A DNA stretch of 64,000 nucleotides from Antedon mediterranea. Lineage: Eukaryota; Animalia; Echinodermata. Position numbers and translations under genes: made by a program. Shown piece by piece: positions 48,101-63,100 of the stretch; within the stretch, counting starts at the first letter, position 1; the number at the start of each line of letters is the position of its first letter. The stretch is taken from NCBI RefSeq assembly GCF_964355755.1, contig NC_092671.1, positions 8,184,001-8,248,000 on the forward strand, given 5' to 3'. The notes under the pieces are model-generated. The model was not told where the DNA came from. It saw nothing but the letters and a program-made list of their open reading frames with translations, and did no database searches.

Positions 48101-51100
48101 TAAAAATAAAAACCAAAATAAAAGCGACATTATATTACTGATTTTTACACCCAGGGAGCAAAACTCCACATCATTATTCATTTAATTACAATTTTATGAG
48201 GTTAATTTATATCCCAGGGTGAGCTTATAGCCAAGCCAATAGTGCAATTATATTTGTTTGTACGTAGATTGGATACATACAGTATTATATCACCTTCGGT
48301 ACCACACTTAATTTATTTGTATATTGAAACACTGATAACTCTGTTTTTTGTTTGTTTTTCAATAAACAGACCACGCAAACATCTAAACAAAGGTGTCGTC
48401 ACAAAGTTTTATTTTTACAGTATTTTCAATATGTGATGAAATGTTAAATAGCATGCCCTCTGTTTTTTTTTAGCGCGTAATTTATATCTTTATTGCTCAC
48501 TGTGTATTAGGTACTTTCAACTTTATTTATTATTTCTATTAGTTTGTCAGATAAAGGACTTTAATCGGTCATCGACATAATAAATGCATACTGTAATAAA
48601 TTACATGGTGCCAACATATACACAAATAATAAAATACACCACTTGGATAGCATTGTACTTAATTACTTTAGTCTACACCATAAAAGCAGTTTAACGACTG
48701 GTAAAGTGGATATGAAGTTTGATTATTTATTATTCCAGGTAATGAATAGAGATTCTGGTAATTTTGAGATAAGTGTGATGATATGCATTGTCATATTCAC
48801 TGATTTGAAAGATACACAAATCAAATTGTTATTATTTAAATATTGATTCAAAACTTTTTTTGAATAACACTGTAGTAACAGACAATGTTGTGACATGTTT
48901 GGCACCCGATACTCAAGGGTGTAAACATCGTTGTTCACGATAGTTAAGCCTATATACTGCTCACATTTATAGTTAATTAAAACCTTACACAGGTAAACAA
49001 GACTACTTGACTTTTATTACTTTCACTACAACCACTATTCACAATAACTATGGCCAACCATTATCAAGGGGAAACTTTGAAAAGTAAAAGGGTAATTTCA
49101 AAAAGAATTTTCACTGTCCAAAAAAAGAGGAGATATTAAGGTCACCAATTAAGAAACTGTACGTGACAATATGATATACTGTAAGCAGAGCTGATGCCAT
49201 TCTAAGCATCAAATTCAATGTATGTGTACAATTTACCAAGACAATTACTTCCAGTCTTCTTGTATCCTTTGTGACATACACACTTATAAGATCCAGGTAG
49301 ATTTTGACATTCTGACATCTCGGCTAAACATGTATCAGTTGACTCCAAGCACTCATCCACATCTAGAAAAAAAAATTCAAGAAATCACAAACTTTAAATG
49401 CGGATTTTTGGGCAAAACCAATGCAACATCTTATTTTGTGAATGAAAGCGATGAGAATATAAGGTCTTGCTAGAGAAGAACAAAACTTATAATCAAAACA
49501 GAGCTTCTGTATTCATCGTAGAATGAAAAATTTTCCCTGTATCTAGTGTACCATAACCCTTGAACAAAACTTTTAAGACATTATATAATTTTATCATGGA
49601 ATTTAAGAGAACTACAGTACATATTTTTCAGGAGTAATCTTGAAGTTTGTAACATCGCTGTGCTTTATTTATTTAAATTTTATTGATAAAGTGACCCTTG
49701 TGTGAAAATATGCAGGGCTTAGTGTGAATTTTCATCCTCCAGCACTTTTCTGTCATGATGCTGAATGTCCCTAACAACATAGTTTACCTGGTTGGTCATG
49801 AAACAGCCTTGTAGCCACTTGATATCCATCTTTGTCATAGCCATAATAAATCAGAAATCCTAGGCTGCTTGATGGTAACTTCTCTACACGGTATTCATAG
49901 GTTAATCGTGGTGGAACTAAAACAGTGTAGTTGCCAGTCGATGGGTTCACCCATTTGCCTGACCAGGACTTATCAGGAAAAACACCATAGTAATAAACAG
50001 ACAACTCAAATGGTGTACCAGGTATCTTGGGACCAAGTTCTGCAATTAAGAATATAAAATAGTAATTACTGTATTATGAAGGGCATAGATGTAATTGTAC
50101 TGGGTGGAGGTGGGGGTACTTTGAAGCCATTCATCCAGCCTAATTTCAACACAGAACTCACTCTAGAAAACTCTGGGTTATTCCTTCTCCTGGACTTAAC
50201 ATTTGAACACCTACCCCATAGCCTTTTCTGACTGCATTCCTTCACACATAAACACACTTATATAAGAAAGTGTAAGTGACTTGTTAGGGAAAAAAATAAA
50301 ACAATTACAAAAACAGAGTTAGTTAGAATCTCCTACCAATGGAACGATGCACCAACTTAAACATGTAGTAAGGAGGTGGAATGTGGCCATTGCGTACTTC
50401 AACTTTGTAAAAATTCTCAGCAAAATCACTCTCCCAACACTTGATGCCTTTGCGAGTTCCATTCTCTGAAACCATGAATTTAGTTGGTTCTGCTTTATAC
50501 TGGAAAAAAAAGAAATAAATAAAATCAATTTTAAAGATAATCAAAGTGTATACTTATTGAATACTACTAGCAACCCAAAGATGCTGATTGCACATTTCAC
50601 CTGGAAGGTGGTAAGCATGCGTATTTCAGTTGATTTTGATACAAGAGCTTGAGTTTACATCATTTCTGTTAATTTGCATTGGAAAATCAATTTTAAGCCA
50701 TAAATCATGCGAGTGACTGGTCAAGTTAGGACAGTGGAAATTTAATACCTTGCCATACATCGGCAAGGGTTTAAGCCTCACTTGCTCCATGGTCCTGGTG
50801 GTAAAACGAGTCTTTTCGCATAACGACTATAAACCGTAGGTCCAGTGTCAGTGGCTCATGTGCACTTTAAAGAACCTAGTACACCTTTCAAGACGAGTAG
50901 TGGGTTACTCCGGTGTACTAGTATACACACAGTCACTGTCACACACAGACACTTATCATAACTTATCAAGGGGGCCCTTTGATTGTCAGCATACGCTGTT
51001 TAGGGTCACCCTCTATAAATAATAATAATATATATAAGACCAAACAGTCTCTACAACTGCAAGTAGTTTACCCCAACTGCATTTGGTCCATTTGTATTCA

Positions 51101-54100
51101 ATTCAGCCCAGTGTTTACTCCACACCACATCCTTCAGTTTATAAATACCGCTAATGTTCACAGCAAATGTGATGTCACAACTACGCATCTGGTCCGATTC
51201 AATGATGCACAGTTTGCTTTCCTTTAAAACACTGGTACATATATGCGAATCTATTAAGGCCACATCCACAGCAATAGCTTAAAAACACAAACATTGATAA
51301 ATGATAATTCTATTCAATTTAACAAGAAATGCATTATAGACAAGTAAAAGAAGTAGTGTATTGAATGAGTAGATGTAAATGATGTTTTTACATAAGAATT
51401 GAAATTATAAATTTGGCCTATGCTGGTACATGAGTGAACAAGAGTAAACTGTGTGATTATTCAGAACTAAATTCCAGCACTTTTATAAGAAATAATATTC
51501 AAGAACATCTATACATTATAATGTTGATAGTGAAAACAGTAAGTTTTAATTGTTGTGTTTTTAGCCTACAAGTTTTTGTTATGTTTAAACTTATGGTATA
51601 TTTCTACTTAAAGTAAGGTTTCTGGTACACCATATCTAAAAAAGGAAGTATGTAAAAGTTCAGAATTCTTCAACTTTACAGTTGTTTACAACTGCCATCT
51701 TCTGGAATCAAAATCAGCTGAATGTAATCTTACTACCTTTTGTGGGAATTATATAGTATATATCTAAAATCTTATAAAGGTATGTGATCTTACCAATGCA
51801 GTGTTTTCCATCACCCTCATAGCCATTGTGACATTTACATGAGTAGGAACCTTGATTATTTAAGCAATCAGCATGGGGACTACAATCATTGACATCAATA
51901 CATTCATTGACATCTAAATTAGAATAAAGGGTACTCATGTTAAAAATAAACTAAAGACAGACTTCCTAGACTAATTCATGTATTTACTTTTGATGTATTC
52001 CATGCATAACTTACCCAACAACAAAAAAATCAAATTATGTAATTAAATTACAGTTCATTTTTATCCTTTTTTAATAATATATTCATTTTAATCATTTTAA
52101 AAATCTAAATGTATTAATAAACCTTCTGAACAAGTTTCTCCTTGGTATCCATAGTAACAGAGGCAGCGATATCCAGCTTCCGTTCCATCATCCAGGCATT
52201 TACCATTAGTGCAAGGATATGCGTCACAAGATGTTGACTCTAAGAAAAACATAAAGAAAAGAAATTAGTAAACATATTAGTCAACTGTTTGTATAGAAAG
52301 CTAATAGTCTATTGTTCAGTTTAAAATAACAAGTATAATGACAAATATCAAAACAACTGTAGAAATATTATCGATTGATTTTTTTTAATCAAAAGGTTAT
52401 TAATGTGGCATTTATAATTTAAAAAAGAAAAGTTCAAAATTTGTTTACGTAAAAAGATAAAATGATCAACAAGAGGTCAATAATTGCTCACTATAATATA
52501 CTTGCATTTAATTATGTATAACCCATTAAAAATACATATTTAAAGAATTGAAATGTGATTAAAAGAGCCTACTTATCTGAACAGAATATAGCTTTGTCTA
52601 CACTGTCAAACTAGTTTTTAAAAAAAAGTGCGATGTGCCTAAATATGGTAGTGATAAGATATCATCGTGTCCATATATGGGAACATTAAATGTTTTGTCA
52701 CATAAAGTTTGATAGTGTAGACAGAGCTTTACAAACTCAATAGTGAATACACACTGGGGCACACACCATACAAAGAACAGCTCATGACCTGTGTATAAAT
52801 TTTGCTAGGTGATGTGAAAGGGCTACATGATGCAAAAGACAAAACGAATGTATTTGTCATTGTCTGTGCATATATACTTTCATCGTTTCCATATTCTGAA
52901 ATTATTTTGGTTGGTGAAATGTGAAGCTATCACAACACTGTTTGTAAGCATTCCATTACATCAGAATATAGATACCACATACCTTGTTCACAATTAATCC
53001 CCCTGTAGTTGTCTGTACAGTGACATTTATAAGTATATGCCGTCTTCTTTGTACCATTTAACTTAAAAGTATGTTGTTTGTGCGCACAGGTGCCTCCATG
53101 TTTACAAGGATAGCTGAGACATGGATATTCTATCAAATTCAATATAAGAAGTAGTGTTTATAATAATAAGTATAAGTACTGTACTGCTTAATAGAGATAT
53201 ACTGTATTAGAACGTAAGGGCAAAATGAATATGTTTGAATTGAAGGACAAAAGAGAGACACACAGATATAGTTATATTACTCATCATTACAGCTTTAGAT
53301 TTTAAAAAAAATTATCCTTCACATACAACTGGTCAATAGAAATGGTAAATAAAATAATTACATGTGGTTCATATGCTTGTGTATATTCATATTATAACAG
53401 CCGATAATGTGAACCAAATATTTGGTTGTACAAGTAGAGAATTTAGGAACAACACTGTACACTGGTCCTTGTGATATGTGGCTGGCTAAATAGTGTTGTT
53501 ATTTATACAGTAATTTGTTTTACATGATACAACACCTCCTATGCTTTAGATATAAATACATTAAAACACACCTTTGAAGTCTGTATCACCTTTACTGCTC
53601 TGGTCAAGATCCTTCAGAATCTTCTGGTGGTGAGCATCTTCATCTTTAGCTGGTTCCGCATCATTTGACATATTTGCTTCGTGTTTAGAGCCATCATTTG
53701 TAATTGACTTGTAACCTGATGGAAAATTAAAATAAAGCACCATGAATAGATTTGAGAAAACTATGAAAACATTAGTGTACAATTTCAAACCTTGGCACAG
53801 ATATAGTGTTAAATAGAATTAAATAATTTTAAATAAAAAATTGACTTCCAGTAATTGCAGTCACTTTTCTGAACTTACATGTCTCCACAAAATGGCGAAT
53901 CAATTACAAAGCTCTGTCTACACTATCAAACTTTATGTGACAAAAAAATGTGATGTGCCCATATTGATGATGTCATATCACTACCATATTTGGGCATATC
54001 ACTTACCATATTTGGGCATTTTTGTTGTCAAACTAGCTTGATAGTGTAGACAAAGCTTAACCTACTCAAACCATGGAGCACAACATACACAACCTCCGGT

Positions 54101-57100
54101 GTATGTAAAATTCAGAGCTTTGCTTGGTCGATTGTGAAAGGGGTATAATTTTAGATTAATAAGATGAAAATAACATTTAAAAATTACCGTTGACATTTAA
54201 AAAAAACTTGTCAGAAGGAACTAAATCGAACCCATTAAAATACTGGCAGGTGAACACCTTAGGCCGGTCAACAGGTACAATGATGGTCTGTCTACCTGTG
54301 TACTCATCAAGCTCTCTGCTACCTGAAATCCAGCGTAGTTGTGATCGGAACACAGGGGGTAGATCAAAGGGGCAAGTCAGTTTCAGGTTTTCACCCATAT
54401 CAACAGTGTGGTTATAAACAACTTTGTTGATTTCTGGTTTGTCTATGCCTACAAGATAAAATAAATGTTAATAAAAACTCTTAGAAAGTTACTTTTATAT
54501 TTATTTCTACCAAATAAGTTTTCTTTTTCAGTAGATTTTCCTGTTTTGGACAACTTGGTTGCTTTTGGATTAAGATAATGAAAAAAAATGATTAGATAAA
54601 AGCAATAGTACACAGTTTGCAGGTAAATGTTTGATTGTGATTATAAATGTATCAGTTTTTATATTAAAAAAAGCCTCTGCATTTCAGTCAATTTGAAAGT
54701 GTGCCTTTTATTCCTAGATTTGTTTACAGGTATTTAGATTTTAACTATTTCATGGATTTTAATTTTTTTATTAAGAATCTCCATTCTGGTGCACCACTTG
54801 AGAGTGATTTATTTCGCTTTTTGGATTTTGAACTATTTTCTTTTGTTTTGTTATGTATTTGTTCTTTTCTGATAAAATAAATGAAGGAGTGCAAGTCTTT
54901 AATTTAAACATTTTACTTCCATAATAAATCAATTTGAAATTTTTTTAAAGTATACTGCCATATCTTCTACAGGTATATACCTTTATATCATCTCATTTAT
55001 AATGATGAAGTAATTTGCCTTTATTTGATGCATTGGTACTTATACAATATTAAATTAAATGTCAGGTAGCTTCCTTAACTTGATAAAACAGCGTCTTGAT
55101 TAATTTCCATACCTACGTCTTAAATTACAGTTTAATTATAGGAAGTTAGTTTAAGTACTAATTCACTGTACTGAGCGCCCCTTGCTTTAATGAATCAAAA
55201 GGTCTTGCTTCAGACTGCCCCTTCCTCTAATTCATCAATGGCAATTCCACCTTGAACATACAAGAGTAAAGACATGGAAGTACTAAGGGCATAAACTTGT
55301 GCTATCCATCAAAGTTGTTTAAAAAACATTGGCTAATGAAGAGTATTAAATTGTATGTGTTCCTTATTTTACTATAGTTTTAAAGAAACTAGCTATTGTT
55401 TTTCTTGAAAACTTTAACTTGACAGATCTCCTATTTTCTTCTATGTACTTAATTAATATTATAACACACCTAATTGTATCCTTGTCATTTGATTGATCAT
55501 TTTGTATCACACGCCATGCATTATTTCGATTGAAGGTACTATTGCACGGTAAACTTTTTGTAAATAATTGCAATGCAGTAAGCCTGAATATTGCACAACA
55601 AGAAACTCCTGTAGATTGTTCCGCCTATAACTGCTCTGTTCTTGTGGCAAAATTCGATTGAACATGAAAGCAGAAGATTATTTGACTAAAAGTTTACTCT
55701 ACAATACAACTATGTTTTATAAAACAAATAACATTTTGAAATAATTGAAGTTCAATCGGTGTTATACAGTCAACTCTAGCACGCCTAAATAGTGATAAAA
55801 CATAATATAAATTATTTTTCAACCAATGTATATAAATACGAATGTCTACTCCTTTCTAATAATTATCTGGATAAATATATCTATGTTCCTACTTACCATG
55901 AAACTGTACAAACATAGTTGCTACTTGCTTCGGACTTAGAACCACCTGATTCCATATGAGGAGCTCATCTACCAGACCATGTAACTCAGATGATTCGGCT
56001 TGAATTCGTATATCAGCCATTCCTAACACAAATGATGATTGTGTTTCTGGAGATGGTCTACAAATGCAAACAAAATGTAATTCTAATAATAAAATGGTTG
56101 GTTTAAGTCTAAATACAGTCTTGTATACTAGAAATTGATAAGATATGCAGTACATTTCTTCATGAATATATTAAAGCTCTGTCTACACTATCAAACTATA
56201 TGTGACCAAAAAATGTAATGTGGCCATTATATGGACATGATGACATCATATCATATGGTAGTGGTATGCCCAGATAAGGTAGTGATATGACATCACCATG
56301 GCCATATTTGGGCACCAACTAAGTGTAGACTGAGCTTTAGTCTAAAGCTCTGTCTACACTATCAAACTGTATGTAACAAAAAAATGTTGTGCCCACATAT
56401 GGACATGGTGATGTCATATCACTACCTTATCTGGGCATACCACTACCATATTTTGACACATCACACTTCAAACTAGTTGATAGTGTAGACAGAGCTTAAT
56501 ATGGAAGGTTTTCATAAAAGAGAAAGCAGGAAAAGATTTCGTTAAATTCCAGAAACATCGTCTAATCAAACAACTCGGTCACAGAGAACGTTTTTTAAAG
56601 CTGTCTACACTATCAAAATAATTCTGATGTGCCCAAATATGGTGTTGATATGTCCAAATATGGTAGTGAAATGACATCATCATGTCCATATGGGCACATC
56701 ACATTTTTTGTCACATAAAGTTTGATAGTGTAGACAGAGCTGTACCCAGATTACTTTATCATATCCACAAATATTTCATCTAGAAAACTAAATTACTTTG
56801 CAAGACTTTGCCCAAGTGTTGATCCTTTCACTTCTCCGTTGACGAACACACGGCATTCGCTAATTGGACTCCATGTAATGACCAAGAACTGCCAATGACT
56901 ACTCTGAAGATTGAAGATAAGTTTCCATTTCTGGTCACCCGATGTGATGTCTGCCATACATTTCAGGAGATCCTTTTGCTGTTTTTCTCCTGTACAGGTA
57001 ATGCATAGTCCATAAGGTCGAGTACACAACACGTCAGTAGAACTGAATGATATAAGTTATAATAATTTTTGAATATTGTGTAACTAAATTCTAGTGTAAA

Positions 57101-60100
57101 AAAACAACACTTCTATGTGTAATTGTGGCAAAATTGAAGGTAAAGGGTGGTCATTAGATCTTCACTAGCAGGTTTATCTGGATAGCAAATATAGACTCAA
57201 ACAGGAGTCACGATTGGAGGATAAGTTACAAGTATTTTATCAAACTTTTGATACAATTACTTAATCTATTTATACTATGTTTACACTACCTTATCAACGG
57301 AATCATTTTTATTTTTAACCAGATTGATAAACTAAAACCATCATGACAAACTTGAGGATCTATAACACACTCTTCAATGCTTTTGCTATCTAAAAGTTCA
57401 AGTTTTCCTACAGATAAAACAAACATGTATTACACAAAGGTATCATTGGAAAACATCTAAGAAATCATATCAGTCCTACTGTATTAGTTGTTAATTTTAC
57501 TCATTTGTTTTTGAGAATGTCCATGATGGTTCCAAAACGTTGATATTTGTGGCACATGCAAGCAAAAATGGACATAAGTCGCATGTATAGATTTGTAGAG
57601 ACAGCCAAAAACAATAAAAGGCTGAAAAATTAAATTTGTTTGATTTTTACAGAGAATGATAACTGAAACAGTATTTATTTACATTACCTTGGTGTTTTCT
57701 ATTTAAATTTCTAAAATAAATGTTAACATTTTGTGTGGTATGTTGGTTAAAAAGATTGTGTAAATTATGTATGATTTATGTATCATAAAACCTATTACGT
57801 TTTATGCTTAAATTGAAATTGTTCCAGTGGTTTGTTTTTAATTTCGAATGTCTGATTTCCCTTGCATATGCTACATATATGTTTATTCAACTTTTTAAAT
57901 GAATTTAGGACATAATAGAAGTACTGTACAGACATTTATAAGACTCCAATATCACATTTCCGTATATATTTGTATGAGTTTTTTATGCTGTAAAAGTTGT
58001 TAATACCTTTTTAGATCAAAAGCATACAAAGGTATTTTATGATTGTGAATTGTTTAATTATATACTATGGAAACTTATTTGGTTTTTTTTATTTTAAGGT
58101 TGTATTAAATAATAGACATGGTTAAAAACCAACAAATGCGACACAATAACAAACAATACTTCACAAACTTATTTTTAATAATTACCATTACAGTTTTCAT
58201 TCTTCATATTCATAGATATAGCCTCTTCGGATATGCCTTTCTTAGTTTCGATACAACCAGCATTTACTTGCCCTGGGCTAGCACTTCCTGTCACCAAGTC
58301 TAGTACTTTGACCCCATCTTTAATCGATCTAAGTACATTCAAATTCCAATGGTGAGATAGTTTTTCTGCAACTGGTATGACTAAAATTAAAACATATAAA
58401 GAACATTTACATGAAATTCTATTATGGTCCTAGAGCAACACATGCAATTTAAAACATATACTGTAGTACCAAACTATATGCATATTAAAATTGCATTATT
58501 TATCTAAAAAGTTTTTACACATTCTAAAATAATGTCCAATGTAAAATCACTACTTTAAAAATGTCCGATTTATCTTCTACCAGCTGCCCTTGTTTTACCA
58601 TATTTAATGAGGGTGATCCATCCAGCAATTGCTGATCATTAGGGACCCTCAGAGGTTCACTAGACAAACACAAGATGCTCTACATAAACAAAGTCTTATT
58701 ACAAGTCTTTGGGAGTGGAGTTGTAATTTACTCCTTAGAAAAAATCCTGACATGTGACAGGACTTGAACCCAGGACCCTGGAGTGGTAGCCAAGCATCAT
58801 AACCACCAAGCCACAACTCACACAACTTGTCACTTTAGGATTCCCATTTTATGATATTCCGTTATTGTTAAAATAATGTCATATAAAAATAATGTGTCTT
58901 GTGTGTAATTTATCACATTTATCTATGGTTGTCATGAATTGAATACTACAATAAATTTTGTGTATTTAGGAATTGTCATCAATATTAGTACACTAACAGA
59001 ACATAATCTGTAATACTATTATAATACAACAATGTATAACATTCACAATAAAACAAATATATAATAGATATTGATTCAGTGCCCTTAAGCGCATAAAAAA
59101 ATCATCAATACTAAAAACAAAATTACATAATAGCCATAACCTTACAAACTACAAATTAGGCGCAATGTATACATTACCTGGCTTTTTTAAGGTGAAATTA
59201 ATATTTATTGATGATTTTTTATCTTTGCCTTGCAGGGCACATGTGTACGTTCCAAACAACCCTTGTTGTATTTTCGGAATCGACATCTGCTGCTTGTCAT
59301 CACTCAAGAGGGCGCCATGACGTGAACTCACCACATTCTGATCTTTGTACCTGCAAAAGATAAATGAATTTGTCTGGAAATGTTATTTTATTTTACTAGC
59401 TGTACATTGAGGTGACATTTACAGGATGACTTAGATTAGCCCTTGATAGTAAATGTTATAAATAGTTATTGGCACATGCACATACTCAATTTTTTTTAAA
59501 TGTTTAGCTAGGGAAATGACCATCGCCAGACAAGGAGAGAATCTTTAAGGGATCCGTATCTGGCATGCACTGGAATCTTGAAAACAATGTATAAATAAGT
59601 ACCTACCACACAAGTGAAGATGTTGATGCTCCATGAACTTTAACCTTAAATTTGATCGAGTTTCCCAGTGGTCTATAAACGGTACTTGGGTATGTTGGAG
59701 GGTCTTTGGTCAATTCCTGAGCTAAAATAAACATACACTACATTATTAAATTGAAAATATGCAAAGGCCTTTGTATTCATTAGAAACTGATAGTGAAATC
59801 TAAAAAAAGGTTAGTCCTAGGACTATCACAACGAATTTTAATTGTACAGTCCACAAACAAACATGAATATCATACAGTACAGTAAGTACTGTATGATAAG
59901 CAATACAGTATACTTTGGTTTGGTCATGTACTAGGCCTAATAAGAGAATTGCTTGCAAATAATTTTGCAGGATAAAACATCGTTTAAAAAAGTGTTCTTG
60001 TAGGTCTAAGCAACATTGTTAATTTTTTTTTTAAACACAAAGATTTACTAAAGTCAGAAAACCAATTAACAATTTGGAGGCTTAAGTATGACTTTCAAAA

Positions 60101-63100
60101 ATTAACAAACTTTACATACACCTGAAATAAAAACTCAATATAGGTTAAATGTATCAAGTGTCTACTAGGAATAAAAAAAGTAATGTTTTTCTTAGCTATT
60201 ACAGCTTGATTTCCCCATTGTATGATTCCAATTATGATACAAGCAATACAATGTTTATTCCAATTAATTCATATTTTTTTCACTTACCTGAAGTAAATTG
60301 AAAATGATTTTGAGTGACAGCTAAGGTTTGTCCAATGGGAGAACTTTACAGGGACGGTGTTTGAAATAGGGCCACAACCTTTCTTAAACGATGAGTCATT
60401 TTGATTGCAGAAGGATAATCGGGAGTTACCCCTTTACAGAGGGTATAGAACATCAATGACCCATTTATTTCATTTAATCATGATACATTTTGACGTCTAA
60501 ATTTGTATTTTAGTAGCTGACATTAAGACCGTCGTATGCTTTTAATAAAGATTGGTGATAAAGTGTTCAGTTCGTTTACGACATAAAAGACAAATGAAAT
60601 TTTAATTTTAGCTCAATGGTTATAAATAAGAGATAAATTATTGAATTAATTATTTTAGAATCAGATTTATTGACGATTTAACAATCTTTAAAGCAATGTT
60701 CCAGAGAGAATACTGTTCCAACAATTATACTAAATATACTAAATAATTTGTATTTGAAAGCAATTGAATTGAATGATAGGACAAAAATTGATGTTGTTTG
60801 CAAGACAAAGTACAAAAGTGAGGTTTGCGGCGGACAACACTATTCCTTTTAATAAAACGAATGAAGACGGTTGTACCATAATATCCTAAACCTCAAGACA
60901 TTCTTAGTCATATGGGGTACTAAGCCATTTTCCACGGTTTTTGGTCGATTTCATAAAAGTAATTCAGTAAAAAGTAATATTTTTAGTTTTTCTACAGTAT
61001 TATACTTTTTTCAAATATAAAAATAAGACAATTGATGAAACAAAAGAAACAAATGTTGAACGTACCTCGTAATAAACGGAATCGTCGTTTTGCAAGAAAA
61101 TAATTCTTATCACTGTATATGATACAAACATACATTTGATAATCTTTGTTTTCAATACGTTGTATTACAAGTTTCTTTCCATCGTCTTCAAGTTCGGCAT
61201 TATTAGGAAGATTGGAATGTGCGCCCTCTATATACCAATCTATGAGTGATGCATACTTTGGTAGCTGGATATAATCATTAATGTTTATCACTACTGACGC
61301 TCCAAGTAATTTCGGGCCAATTTCTAATATGATAAAAAAAAAAAACCTAATACACCAATACTTATTTTACTATTTAATATTACTACATCATATTCAATCA
61401 AATCTTATACTAGTTGATGGCTATTAGTTAGTCTCAATATAGAGACTAATTGCTTCCTTTGACACAAAGTATATCCTTTGAATATTAAAACACATCCATG
61501 TCAAATGTTACAGTAACACAAGGGAGATGACCAATGCAGAGGTTTTTTTTACTACTGTACATGAACATGTCTAGGCTCAGTTGTATAACTGTTTCTACGA
61601 CAAGTTTTATGACTCACAAACAGGAGTGTCAATTGATATCCATTTTCTTTATGCAAAGAAAGTACATTAATAATTATAATAATATACAGTTAAGAGTGAG
61701 CACCTTCTTTGGAACACCTCTATTCAGTGGTACATGTAAAGATACAGTTAAAGGGGGAGGGGGGGTGGACACCACTAGTAAGTCACTTTATGTGAACTAA
61801 AAGGAGGGACAATAAATGTTGAAACACATGATGAACACGAGAGAGAAGACACCCTGGTGTCCCTATAATAGTGGTTCTACTAATAAGCATGGGTAATATA
61901 ATATAGCAAATAATATTTAAATGGTTCTTTTTTATTCTTATTGTTTTTTCTTTTCATTACACTAAAATAATAGTTAACAGAGGGTGAAAAGCTCCTGGTT
62001 CAGCACTAATAAGGGGCCCTCCAATGGTAATTCAGCTAAGGTCATTTCATTGGGCTGCTCATGCTTTGGGGCCCCTTAAGTTCTGGGCCCTAAGGTTTAG
62101 CCAGTGAGCACTTATAGCCACTACACCACTGCACTAAAAGAGTATGTATTTAAATTAACTGTTAGCGTCAGTTATTAAGAAACCATAACATAACTAAGCC
62201 TAAAATAAACTGTTTAAAACTTAATAGACTCAGTAAAAATAAAATGCATATATGTATTTTAAACTTTAAAGGAAGCACCACCCTTCCAATTAAGACATAC
62301 AGTAAGACCAGTTGTTAATTGGTCAGGAAATTAGCATAGCATCCTTCCACTAGTAAAAAGCTGTGAAGCGTATAATGGACTAGGAGGTCTGGGTTAGTCA
62401 GTTTGGCCATGTTCAAGGCCGGAGCAGGAAACATCATCATCAGTTAGTCATCGTTTTTTTTTTTTTCAATCATTAAGTGATTGTTTATGATTTCATGAGT
62501 TATTAACTGTAATTGATCTAGGGTATGAAAAAATGGTAGCATGTTTCTGGGACTACTTTATGTATGATTCAGAAATGCAAGTGATAAGTAAGGAAATATT
62601 GAAATATTGTACTTCAATGGAATATAATTGTCTTGTGTATGCCTAGAGTGGAGATTACAGCATATGCAGATCAATTTACATAGTGGAATACTAAAATATA
62701 ACCTGCTTATAATAGTCATGTAAACAATAATAATAATAATATGCTAGATTAATAAAGCGCTAATGTTGTGAAACCACTATGCGCTGTACATATTATTACC
62801 CTGGCCATTTTTGGATCAAACACGTATGGAAACATACTTCCATAATGCAGCTAGTAATGAGCGCAAAGTTTGTGTATTGACCTTACCAGGTAACCATTTG
62901 TACATCTGGCCAGAGAGAGGCAAATGTAAGTAAATTGTCTTGCCCAAGGATACAAACAATGTGACGAGCATTGGATTCGAACCCACGATCTTATGACCAA
63001 CGCCCAACACGCTACGCCACATGCAATCGCCGTTACAAACAGCCTGAAAGAATGAATAGATTTAAATATAATAAATTTACCAATAGGGATGACATCAATG

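Noticed and set aside
55210-55250. Alternative terminal exon [12 protein letters not shown] giving a secreted isoform
   Set aside because: Only a mediocre acceptor and a short frame; unsupported without transcripts.
60288-60432. Extra exon of the mosaic gene (strong donor CAG|gtaagt)
   Set aside because: Its open frame ends in phase 2, while the flanking exons already join 1-1; no domain similarity.
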